Part shown: piece after piece, positions 1-7,584 of the stretch
How positions within the stretch are numbered: the first letter of the stretch is position 1
Layout of the letters: the number at the start of each line of letters is the position of its first letter
NCBI GenBank assembly: GCA_031267345.1
Contig: JAIRZG010000162.1
Span: 1 to 42,620, forward strand
Length of the DNA stretch: 42,620 nt
Source of the DNA: Zoogloeaceae bacterium
Lineage (GTDB): Bacteria; Pseudomonadota; Gammaproteobacteria; Burkholderiales; Rhodocyclaceae
Direction of reading: 5' to 3'
Program-made: the position numbers and the translations under genes
Notes under the pieces: model-generated
What the model saw: only the letters and a program-made list of their open reading frames with translations
Told to the model about the DNA's origin: nothing
Database searches by the model: none

Positions 1-383
1 CCTTCCTTTGCGGCAAGGCAGCCTTGCCCATTGATGGAAATGAGGATGGATTCACGCTGGCGCAGGCCGCCCAGGGCAAAATGTCCGTAGTTATCGCCAA
101 TCTCCCACGCCGACTGGTAAAAATCCCTGCCTTTGTCATAGTTTCTGGTCAGACCAAAGCCAAAAATACGGGTCAGGAGCGCGGAGGCTTCCCTGGCGAT
201 AACATCGTCATCAAGAATCGTCCCACCGTATAGCTGGTGCATCGTGTTTTCGTGAAAGGTCAAGCGCAGGGTATCGATGACGCAGCATTCAGATTCAGCG
301 GGAAGCCGCAGCATGTGTTGGACAACCTTGCCATCTCGCATAACAAGTGAGATTTTTTCAAAAACAGGATTCTGGAAAGTCAT
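1..383 (-). CDS. Replication initiation factor, Rep_trans (RstA/Nf-phage-like), 3'-truncated by window edge
   Basis: Hand translation from ATG 383 (SD GAGGGG): MTFQNPVFEKISLVMRDGKVVQHMLRLPAESECCVIDTLRLTFH...IFGFGLTRNYDKGRDFYQSAWEIGDNYGHFALGGLRQRESILISINGQGCLAAKEG. The ID.L..TF, FY..S, GG and G.GC motifs are typical of Rep_trans N-terminal halves. Confidence 0.8.
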   Translation of the reverse strand, partial: MTFQNPVFEKISLVMRDGKVVQHMLRLPAESECCVIDTLRLTFHENTMHQLYGGTILDDDVIAREASALLTRIFGFGLTRNYDKGRDFYQSAWEIGDNYGHFALGGLRQRESILISINGQGCLAAKE

Positions 384-547
384 GGCGTCCCCTCTGATTG
401 GTTGTGGTCGACCGTTCCCCCGTGTTTACTGTGGGGGGGGTCAGTCATCGCGGCGTCGGCGCCGGTCATCCTCACAAGTTCCGTGTGACCAGCGCCGCCG
501 CCGCGAAAGTGGAAAATTATGAATTCGTCAAGTTCGCTGGCTTTCAT
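380..547 (-). CDS. Small hypothetical protein (55 aa) upstream of rep
   Basis: MKASELDEF...SEGTP*; TAAATG junction with the upstream ORF and ATGA overlap with the rep start. Confidence 0.4.
   Translation of the reverse strand: MKASELDEFIIFHFRGGGAGHTELVRMTGADAAMTDPPHSKHGGTVDHNQSEGTP
417..437 (-). other. Candidate rolling-circle origin (dso) hairpin
   Basis: Minus strand CCCCC-ACAGTAAACAC-GGGGG just upstream of rep; resembles GC-stem nick-site hairpins of Rep_trans replicons. Confidence 0.45.
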
Positions 548-649
548 TTATGACCCCGACAACTGCTGCGCAGCTATAATCACTTGCAGCATTTGATGAA
601 AGATGAAAAAACCCGATACAGCCCCCAGGATGAACATCAGAATGGGCAT
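548..649 (-). CDS. Small membrane peptide (33 aa; frame open upstream to 901)
   Basis: MPILMFILGAVSGFFIFHQMLQVIIAAQQLSGS, one hydrophobic helix; stop directly followed by the next ATG. Confidence 0.4.
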   Translation of the reverse strand: MPILMFILGAVSGFFIFHQMLQVIIAAQQLSGS

Positions 650-691
650 GAAGTAGTGGAAGGATTCACGAAACCCGAAAAGGGAAAATTC

Positions 692-886
692 ATGAACGGA
701 TTGCTTGCCTTGAGCAACATTAGCGGTAACGTCCTGATCGCGGCAGGAAGCGGCGCCATCGTCATCATTTATGGAATCCTGATTACCAGCCGCTGGCAAA
801 AGTGGTGCAGGGATACAGAACTCGCAGCACTGTTCATTGCCGCCATCATCGCCTTGGGCTGGGTGTACCTGTGCGTCAGCGCGTAG
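692..886 (+). CDS. Small two-TM membrane protein, counter-oriented within the element
   Basis: MNGLLALSNISGNVLIAAGSGAIVIIYGILITSRWQKWCRDTELAALFIAAIIALGWVYLCVSA; two hydrophobic segments; purine-rich leader. Confidence 0.5.
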   Translation: MNGLLALSNISGNVLIAAGSGAIVIIYGILITSRWQKWCRDTELAALFIAAIIALGWVYLCVSA

Positions 887-1076
887 CTGCATCATCTTCA
901 TGCCCCCCGATCACATGCCCGACATGCGGCACTACATCCGTTTGACGCATGGCCTCCACCTCAACCAATATCCATTGCGATGTCGCTACCGCAAAGTAAA
1001 ACCCGGCGCCAAACATCACTACTCCCGTCAAGGTCGGGAGAAGCTCTACAAATACATCCTTCAAATTTGTTTGCAT
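876..1076 (-). CDS. Small single-TM protein (66 aa)
   Basis: SD AAGGA before ATG 1076; TM segment LLPTLTGVVMFGAGFYFAVA. Confidence 0.5.
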   Translation of the reverse strand: MQTNLKDVFVELLPTLTGVVMFGAGFYFAVATSQWILVEVEAMRQTDVVPHVGHVIGGHEDDAATR

Positions 1077-1095
1077 TTGACATTTCCTTGACCAG

Positions 1096-1236
1096 TCATG
1101 GGTTGACCTTCTCGCAGATGAAGTTGCCCGCCGCGATCTCTTTTTCGATCTCCCAATGCAGGAGGTAGACGCCAAAAATGCTACCGGCAAGAAATGCCAG
1201 AAGGATGAGCAGAGGGAGGAGGAGAGGACGGGGCAT
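1096..1236 (-). CDS. Small single-TM protein (46 aa; alternative start 1299)
   Basis: MPRPLLLPLLILLAFLAGSIFGVYLLHW... hydrophobic helix. Confidence 0.45.
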   Translation of the reverse strand: MPRPLLLPLLILLAFLAGSIFGVYLLHWEIEKEIAAGNFICEKVNP

Positions 1237-1340
1237 CTCGCATAAAATGCTTAAGGCATGAAAGAATGGACGCTTGACGGCAGAAATTTTGAGTATCATT
1301 AAAAATTTCCTTCTGACAGGTGAGATTCATGAAAGCGCGA

Positions 1341-2339
1341 ATGAATACCTTGACAAACCTGATAATTCAAATTGCATTTATAGCTGTAGCCATTTTCCCG
1401 GCTCAAAACTCGATAGCTCATGCGGATGTGTACATTTGCATAGAAAAAGGGGAAAAAACGATCTCCACAAAACCCTGTCCCAATGCCGCAACAACGCAAA
1501 ATAATGTTCCTTCGCCAAAACAAGAACGAGCTTGGAAAGCTTTTTACAAAGCGCCTGATGAATGCAAAGGCATGAAAACAAATGTCAGCTTGATTACTCG
1601 ATGTATGGAACACAGACAACGAGAGCGGGCAAAATTTAATGTCATGTGGGACAGCGACAAGGATCAAAACATCACATCGCCTGAAGCTATCACACAGAAA
1701 CAAGCCAAAAACAGCCCATTGTCCGGCTTGACCGATCATGTTGTTGGATTGCTTATCAAAATGGGTGCATGGGTTGTTGGCGCGATCCTGCTTTATGCTT
1801 TGGCTATATTCTTGCTCAAACGATACGGAAATATTCAGAGTGGCAACCATTGGGGTAGCGGACAAAGCAAAACCGGATGGCTCGACCGACTGATCCCAAA
1901 ATACATGGACAGATTCAAGTTGCTGGACACTTGGGAAACCGATCTCTACGTCAAATTGACCAGCATAATGCCCGGCCTGATCGTATTCGCCCAAGTCAGC
2001 CTTCCACAAATGCTCTACATCAAAGGCGCTCACGCGCGGCAACAGATGCGGCAAATAGGGCATATGTCCGTGGACTTCCTCATATGCCGGAAAGACGGAA
2101 ACGACATCAAAATGATCGCCGCTATCGAACTCAACGGAGCCAGCCACACGCGAGCCGACAGGCAACAGGCGGACGCGCTCAAAGAAAAAGTGCTGGAAGA
2201 GGCCGGGATTCCATTGATCGTGTATGACGTTGAAAATATGCCGGACGCCGAGACGATCAAAAAGCATGTAGCAACCGCGCTTATCGCTCGTAAACAGTAC
2301 GAGGCCGAGCGAGACGCACGGTGCGGGAAAAACAAATAA
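1341..2339 (+). CDS. Signal peptide + DUF4124-like periplasmic domain + TM + DUF2726 domain protein
   Basis: Signal ...SIAHA|DVYICIEKGEKTISTKPCP; TM WVVGAILLYALAIFLL; DUF2726 motifs VFAQVSL, SVDFLIC, AIELNGASH, DALKEKVLEEAGIPLI. Confidence 0.8.
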   Translation: MNTLTNLIIQIAFIAVAIFPAQNSIAHADVYICIEKGEKTISTKPCPNAATTQNNVPSPKQERAWKAFYKAPDECKGMKTNVSLITRCMEHRQRERAKFNVMWDSDKDQNITSPEAITQKQAKNSPLSGLTDHVVGLLIKMGAWVVGAILLYALAIFLLKRYGNIQSGNHWGSGQSKTGWLDRLIPKYMDRFKLLDTWETDLYVKLTSIMPGLIVFAQVSLPQMLYIKGAHARQQMRQIGHMSVDFLICRKDGNDIKMIAAIELNGASHTRADRQQADALKEKVLEEAGIPLIVYDVENMPDAETIKKHVATALIARKQYEAERDARCGKNK

Positions 2340-2391
2340 AAAAGCAAAAGCCGCTTGTTTACAGGGTTTGAATTGCATTTTGACGCCATCC

Positions 2392-2458
2392 GTTAGCACG
2401 ACGCTACTTATAGCACCGTGCTAACTGCGTTGTCAACACGCTATAAAAAAAATATACT
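2392..2458. promoter_or_regulatory. Divergent promoters with palindromic operators
   Basis: TAGCAC-C-GTGCTA (2411-2423) and related TAGCACGACGCTA (2394-2406). Leftward TTGACA (2436-2431)-18-TATAAG with TG extension; rightward TTGTCA (2430-2435)-17-TATACT (2453-2458). Confidence 0.65.
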
Positions 2459-2476
2459 CAAACAGGAGGTCACATC

Positions 2477-2746
2477 ATGGAACTAAACGAGATCATCACA
2501 ACGGCAGCGCGCAGGCTGAACGTTAGCCAAAGCAAACTTGCCCAAAGAATCGGGATGCACGCGCCATCCTTGACACACGTCATAAAAAAAAGACGGCAAC
2601 TGACGGCGGAAGCGGCGATTGAACTGTCAGAACTGACAGGGATGAACGCCAAACAAGTCTGGCTTGCGGCGCAAAGATACTGGCGCGCCCGAGACGATTC
2701 GAACGTCCGACCCCTGCCTTCGGAGGGCAGTACTCTATCCAGCTGA
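2477..2746 (+). CDS. XRE/Cro-like HTH repressor; C-terminus encoded by the antisense tRNA-Arg
   Basis: SD AGGAGG; [30 protein letters not shown]; the last 21 residues ([21 protein letters not shown]) and the TGA lie inside the tRNA. Confidence 0.8.
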   Translation: MELNEIITTAARRLNVSQSKLAQRIGMHAPSLTHVIKKRRQLTAEAAIELSELTGMNAKQVWLAAQRYWRARDDSNVRPLPSEGSTLSS

Positions 2747-2757
2747 GCTACGGGCGC
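2681..2757 (-). tRNA. tRNA-Arg (anticodon CCG)
   Basis: GCGCCCGTAGCTCAGCTGGATAGAGTA CTGCC-CTCCGAA-GGCAG GGGTCGGACGTTCGAATCGTCTCGGGCGCGCCA; 77 nt with encoded CCA. Confidence 0.97.
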
Positions 2758-2868
2758 ACAGTGGGGCGCGATGATACTGGTTTTGTCGGATAGCGTCCAT
2801 TGTTTCATCTGTTTTGTGCGCTGGCGGTATAATCGCAGCTTTCCAACCTACAGATAAAGGATGCTGGC

Positions 2869-3360
2869 ATGAACCGGACTCTCTTGTATGCAATCGCGAT
2901 TGTAGTGGGCTTGTTTCTGGCGTTTGTCGCGCCTTTGGCGCTGAAGGGTGGAGCGACGCCTTCGACGGAGGACGCGGCGCAGCGCATTGCGCCAGTGGCC
3001 CGTTTTGAATTGCAGGGCGCGGCAGTAGCGGATGCGGCGGCAGGCGATGGCGCGACGGCTACGGCAGCAGTGGAAAATCCGGCGACTCCGGCAAGTCCGG
3101 AGGCTCCGGCTCCGGCGGCGAAGGATGGCGCGGGCGTTTATGCCTCGCTTTGTTTTACCTGTCATGAATACGGCGTTGCGGGCGCGCCCAAGAAGGGCGA
3201 CAAGGCGGCTTGGGCAAGTCGTCTGGCGGCGGGCGAAGACGCGCTTTATGCGACCGCCCTGAACGGCAAGGGACTCATGCTGCCCAAGGGTGGGAATCCG
3301 GCCTTGTCGGATGCGGAAGTCAAGTCTGCGGTGGATTATCTGATTGCCTCCGCGCGTTGA
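2869..3360 (+). CDS. Cytochrome c5 family protein
   Basis: CFTCH haem motif, GVAGAPKKGDKAAW, MLPKGG, N-terminal membrane anchor. Confidence 0.9.
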   Translation: MNRTLLYAIAIVVGLFLAFVAPLALKGGATPSTEDAAQRIAPVARFELQGAAVADAAAGDGATATAAVENPATPASPEAPAPAAKDGAGVYASLCFTCHEYGVAGAPKKGDKAAWASRLAAGEDALYATALNGKGLMLPKGGNPALSDAEVKSAVDYLIASAR

Positions 3361-3377
3361 ACGCGCTGAACGTCTGC

Positions 3378-3408
3378 AAGCCGTCGGAGGTTTTTCCGGC
3401 GGCTTTTT
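3378..3408 (+). terminator. Rho-independent terminator
   Basis: AAGCCGTCGGA...TCCGGCGGCTTTTT hairpin with T-tract after cytochrome c5. Confidence 0.6.
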
Positions 3409-3460
3409 CATGGTCTCTCGACAAATCCACATCAACGCGCCTCTTCTTTTAAAAATTACC

Positions 3461-4627
3461 ATGATTTTCACCCGTAGTTTTATTCTCGTCGCCCTGATCA
3501 ATTTCATGGTCATGCTGGCCTATTATCTGTTGTTCATTGTCAGCGGGCCTTACGCGCACGAAAGTTTCTGCGCCTCGCCCAGTGCCGCCGGGCTGGTGGC
3601 CGGGTTGATGCTGGTCGGCTGTCTTGCCGGACGCTTCATGATTGGCGGTATCCTGCATACCGTCGGGTTCCGGAAAATCCTGCTTGTCGGCATCGTGATC
3701 TATACGGTCAGCATGTTGCTCTACCATGTGGCGGACAACCTGCCCGCGCTGATGGGGGTGCGTTTTTTGAGTGGCGTGGGCGTGGGGTGTATCGGCGCCG
3801 TCACCACGACCCTCATCGCTTACCTCATTCCGCCGAGCCGGATTGGGCAGGGTATCGGTTATTTCAGTCTGAGCACCATCCTCGCGCTTGCGCTCGGCCC
3901 TTTTCTGGGGATATTGCTGATGCAATACCTGCCCTACCACCTCATTTTTCTGCTCTGTTCCGGTTTCGGGATGATCAGTTTTTTCACCGCGATTACCCTG
4001 AAAATTCCCCCGAACGCGACGCCGGACAATCCCCATCACGCCTCTGCTTCTCACCTGCGCAACTACCTTGATTGCGAGGTGATTCCGCTCGCGCTGGTGG
4101 TACTGCTGGTCGCAACCTGTTATGGCGCGTTGCAAGCCTTTCTCTCTTTTTATGCCCGTGAACTGGATCTGGCGCATTCCGCCAGTTTTTTCTTCCTGAT
4201 CTACGCTGTCGTCATTTTTGCGTCGCGCCCCGTTGCCGGAAAAATTTTCGATCACAAGGGGGCGAACCACATCATCTATCCGGCCTTGATCCTCACCGTC
4301 TGTGGTTTCATTCTGCTGGCTCTGACCCGGACGACGCCGATGCTTCTGCTTTCCGGCATTCTGCTGGGCGTCGGTATCGGCAATTTTCAATCCACTGCCC
4401 AAGCGGCTTCCCTGAAACGCGTTCCCAAGGCGCGGATGGGGCAGGCGACTTCCACTTTTTTCATCTTCCTTGATCTGGGCATTGGCATCGGCCCTTACCT
4501 GCTCGGCGTGGTCATTCCCCATATGGGCTACCGCAATCTGTTTTTCCTTCTTGCCGTCATCAGCGCCGTCAGCTTGCCGGCATATTACGCAGCGCATGGG
4601 AAAAAACACGGAAAAAATCAGGGGTAG
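3461..4627 (+). CDS. MFS transporter
   Basis: About 12 hydrophobic segments; GKIFDHKG motif-A-like loop; start chosen at MIFTRSF. Confidence 0.9.
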   Translation: MIFTRSFILVALINFMVMLAYYLLFIVSGPYAHESFCASPSAAGLVAGLMLVGCLAGRFMIGGILHTVGFRKILLVGIVIYTVSMLLYHVADNLPALMGVRFLSGVGVGCIGAVTTTLIAYLIPPSRIGQGIGYFSLSTILALALGPFLGILLMQYLPYHLIFLLCSGFGMISFFTAITLKIPPNATPDNPHHASASHLRNYLDCEVIPLALVVLLVATCYGALQAFLSFYARELDLAHSASFFFLIYAVVIFASRPVAGKIFDHKGANHIIYPALILTVCGFILLALTRTTPMLLLSGILLGVGIGNFQSTAQAASLKRVPKARMGQATSTFFIFLDLGIGIGPYLLGVVIPHMGYRNLFFLLAVISAVSLPAYYAAHGKKHGKNQG

Positions 4628-4810
4628 CGCGCGATTGAGGTATGACCGCAATAGTTGTTTGATTCGCTCCAGATTTGTGGAATCACCGCTTGTCGGTTGT
4701 CGGGATGCAATTGGAAAATGTGAGCAATTCATCATGGTCGTTTCGCCGCTGCATTGCTTTCCTTGCGGCATCAAGCGATGAACGCAATCCGGCGGGAATG
4801 CGAGTTTCAA

Positions 4811-4830
4811 AAATGAGTGATTACTCGCAA
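4811..4830 (+). promoter_or_regulatory. Possible Fur-box-like site
   Basis: AAATGAGTGATTACTCGCA upstream of a siderophore-interacting protein gene; imperfect match. Confidence 0.3.
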
Positions 4831-4905
4831 AATGGGCGCGTCGAACAATCTGGCGCGGGCGGCTTCTGACAAATCTCCGCGCCGCGAAAACCAAGGCGTC
4901 AAAAC

Positions 4906-5652
4906 ATGAGTTTCTTGCAATCCTTATTTACCCGCTCGCAAGTGCGCGCTACCGTTTTGCGCGCCGAAAACATCACTCCACGGATGCGTCGCCTGGCATT
5001 GGGCGGCGTGGCGATCGCCGACTGGCTGCAAGCGAACGCGGCAAGCGTCAACAAACCTGCCGCTTGGGTCAAGGTCACACTGGACGGGCGTAGCGGACGC
5101 GGCTACACCCTGCGTCGCGTCGACACGGAGGTGGGCGTTATCGATCTGGATTTCGTCCTGCACGGCGAAGGCGAAGGCAAGGGCACGGTCTCCGACTGGG
5201 CGCGGCTCACCCGACCTGGCGACGCGGTAGAAATCCAGGGGCCAAGAAACGGCGGCTTTCAGCTATTCGCAGATTCCAGATGGTTTTGGCTCGCCGCCGA
5301 CGCTACCGCGCTCCCTGCCGTCGCGCGCATTCTGGAAGTTTTGCCCGCGAATATCGAAGCGCACGTCTTTCTGGTCATCCACGACAGCGCAGAACGACAA
5401 CCGCTCAACTCGCTTGCCAGATTGCAGGTCGAATGGGGGTATTCGACCGTGCCGCAGCGTGATTGCATTCCGGCTGTTCGCCCGCTCACGCAATCTCCAG
5501 ATCTCGCCATGCCCGGTCAAGTCTGGATCGCGGGCGAAGCGGATTGGGTCAAAAGCTGGCGCGCGTTCTGGTTGAACGAGCGCCATCAAGACCGTCGCTA
5601 CGTGAACGCCAAGGGCTATTGGAAAGCAGGTGAACGCGGACATCGAGGATAA
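4906..5652 (+). CDS. Siderophore-interacting protein (ViuB/YqjH family)
   Basis: ITPRMRRL, RGYTLR, LDFVLHG, ADATALPA, VWIAGEA, KGYWK motifs. Confidence 0.9.
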   Translation: MSFLQSLFTRSQVRATVLRAENITPRMRRLALGGVAIADWLQANAASVNKPAAWVKVTLDGRSGRGYTLRRVDTEVGVIDLDFVLHGEGEGKGTVSDWARLTRPGDAVEIQGPRNGGFQLFADSRWFWLAADATALPAVARILEVLPANIEAHVFLVIHDSAERQPLNSLARLQVEWGYSTVPQRDCIPAVRPLTQSPDLAMPGQVWIAGEADWVKSWRAFWLNERHQDRRYVNAKGYWKAGERGHRG

Positions 5653-6282
5653 GCGGATAGCGCGGCGCAAACCGCGCAAGCTCCCGCGACAGTTCCGCGC
5701 CGAACACACGTTGCCGTCATTCTGGAAGCGGCGGCGCGCGTTCTGGAAACGCAGGGGTTGTCAGGACTGAACACTAATCGGGTTGCCCAGCGCGCCGGGG
5801 TCAGCATTGGTTCGCTATATCAGTATTTTCCGGGCAAGGACGCGCTGATCGTGGCGCTGATCCGGCGCGAGCGCGACGCTTTTCTTCAATAAGCGCAAAG
5901 CGCCTTGCTGGAGCCGGACGGGCAAAAGGCGCTGCGATGTTTCATTGCCGCCTCCGTGCACCAGCAATTACGCCGTCCCGGCCTCATGCGCCTGCTGGAT
6001 TTCGAGGAAAGCCGCCCCGCCATCGCCCAGGAAATCGCGGAATCCGGCGCGGCCTTCCTTGACCTGTTGCGACAAATTCTTTCCCGCGCCGACATTTCGC
6101 CGCCCACGCATATGGAGACGACCATCGCCGACCTGATCGTCATCGTGTCGGCGCTAATCAACGCGGCAGGCGAACAGGATGAAACCGACCGCCGCGACCT
6201 CGAAGGCCGGGTGGGACGGGCGGTATTCGGATATCTGGGCGTTCAGGAGCCAGAGGTCTTTTCATCAGCAACCCCGATCTGA
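5630..6282 (+). pseudogene. TetR/AcrR regulator pseudogene
   Basis: RKLPRQ.RA, then a frameshift near 5710, then ILEAAARVLETQGLSGLNTNRVAQRAGVSIGSLYQYFPGKDAL, then in-frame TAA 5890-5892, then the C-terminal domain (ORF 5905-6282). Confidence 0.85.
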
Positions 6283-6531
6283 ATTTCACTGCCGCCACCG
6301 CGCGTCAGGACAAAACGATAGCCATATGGCGTATTGCGCCATCGTTCATGGTTGGAAATGCCGCGCTGCAAGCCGTATTGCCCAATAAGCATAATATTTG
6401 GCATGACTCGCGTCGGGGTTGTTTAATGTTGTTTTGTGGCGTCAATAGCGCGCTACGATTTGTATCAAACGAGAACTCCTTTTAAAATGATCGCATTTTC
6501 CCTGAGACAAAAAACGGCGGACATTCACATC

Positions 6532-7584
6532 ATGTTGAACCGAAAGACGGAACGTGTTCCTTCAAAGCGGAAAAAATGGCTTGGGCTGGGGTTGATGGCG
6601 GGTATTGTTCTGGTGTTGGGCGTTGTTTATTTCCATTTTCAGTTTTCCGGGGCGGTGGAGCCGACAAGGGAGGTTTTGCGTAGTGAGGCGCCAGCAGCGC
6701 CCGGCGCGCATTTGGATGAGCCGTTGTCGCCCATTCGTGAACGGACGACATTGAACGCGCAGAAGGTGGCGTTGGGGAAACTCCTGTTTCATGACGCACG
6801 GCTTTCCCGTGATGGCAGCGTCAGTTGCGCCACCTGTCATGATCTGGCGACGGGCGGCGTAGATCGGCGCGCCCGTTCGCTTGGCGTGGACGGACAGGAA
6901 GGCAACATCAATGCGCCGACGGTGTATAACGCCGTCTTCAATTTCCGTCAATTCTGGGATGGACGCGCGGACTCTCTGGAAGAGCAGGCGGCAGGGCCTC
7001 TGCTCAATCCGGTGGAAATGGCGAATACTTGGGACAAGGTGCTGGCGACCCTGCGCGCGGACGCGCGGATGGTGTCGTCTTTTCGCGCCGTTTACCAGTC
7101 GGAGCCCACTGCGGCGATGGTGCAGGACGCCATTGCTGAATTCGAGCGTTCGCTGGTGACGCCTTCTCGCATGGATCGCTGGTTGCTGGGCGATATGAGC
7201 GCGCTCACGGATGAGGAACTGGAAGGGTATCGTCTTTTTCGGCGGCATGGCTGCGTGGCCTGTCATCAGGGCGAAAATGTCGGTGGCAATCTTTTTCAGC
7301 GTTTTGGCGTGATGCAGGACTACTTTGCCAACAAGGAAGCGACGGCGGCGGATCTGGGGCGTTTCAATGTGACGGGGCGCGAAGAAGACAAACATGTGTT
7401 CAAGGTGCCCAGTCTGCGGAATGTGGCGCTGACCCCGCCGTATTTCCATGACGCTTCGTCGAATTCACTGGAAGACGCGGTGGCGCGCATGGGACGTTTT
7501 CAATTGGGAGTGGATTTGTCCGGAGAGGATATTTCGTCTATCGTGCTCTTTCTACACACCTTGACCGGGGAGAAACTGCAATGA
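6532..7584 (+). CDS. Di-haem cytochrome c peroxidase (CCP_MauG family), membrane-anchored
   Basis: CATCH and CVACH; LGKLLFHDARLS, NAPTVYNA, QFWDGRA, FKVPSLRNVALTPPYFHD. Confidence 0.92.
   Translation: MLNRKTERVPSKRKKWLGLGLMAGIVLVLGVVYFHFQFSGAVEPTREVLRSEAPAAPGAHLDEPLSPIRERTTLNAQKVALGKLLFHDARLSRDGSVSCATCHDLATGGVDRRARSLGVDGQEGNINAPTVYNAVFNFRQFWDGRADSLEEQAAGPLLNPVEMANTWDKVLATLRADARMVSSFRAVYQSEPTAAMVQDAIAEFERSLVTPSRMDRWLLGDMSALTDEELEGYRLFRRHGCVACHQGENVGGNLFQRFGVMQDYFANKEATAADLGRFNVTGREEDKHVFKVPSLRNVALTPPYFHDASSNSLEDAVARMGRFQLGVDLSGEDISSIVLFLHTLTGEKLQ

Larger units (their letters stand above)
1..2757. mobile_element. Integrated rolling-circle, probably filamentous-phage-like element at tRNA-Arg(CCG); continues beyond the left edge
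   Basis: Rep_trans-type rep, small membrane ORFs, DUF2726 gene and XRE regulator directly abut the tRNA 3' end; visibly more AT-rich than host genes; layout mirrors the inovirus at the right end. Structural genes are outside the window, so a satellite or plasmid cannot be excluded. Confidence 0.75.

Noticed and set aside
433-440. G8 tract as a phase-variable frameshift fusing ORF 547-380 to rep
   Set aside because: The rep frame has a TAA between the tract and the rep ATG, so slippage would not fuse them; the tract is explained by the hairpin.
24-522. Plus-strand ORFs 24-233 and 277-522
   Set aside because: Shadows of the minus-strand rep and its upstream ORF.
2470-2808. Minus-strand 112-aa ORF
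   Set aside because: Reads through the tRNA sense strand and is antisense to the repressor; no recognisable protein features.
6455-6468. FNR-like site ACGAT-N4-ATCAA upstream of the peroxidase
   Set aside because: Only one good half-site; too weak to call.
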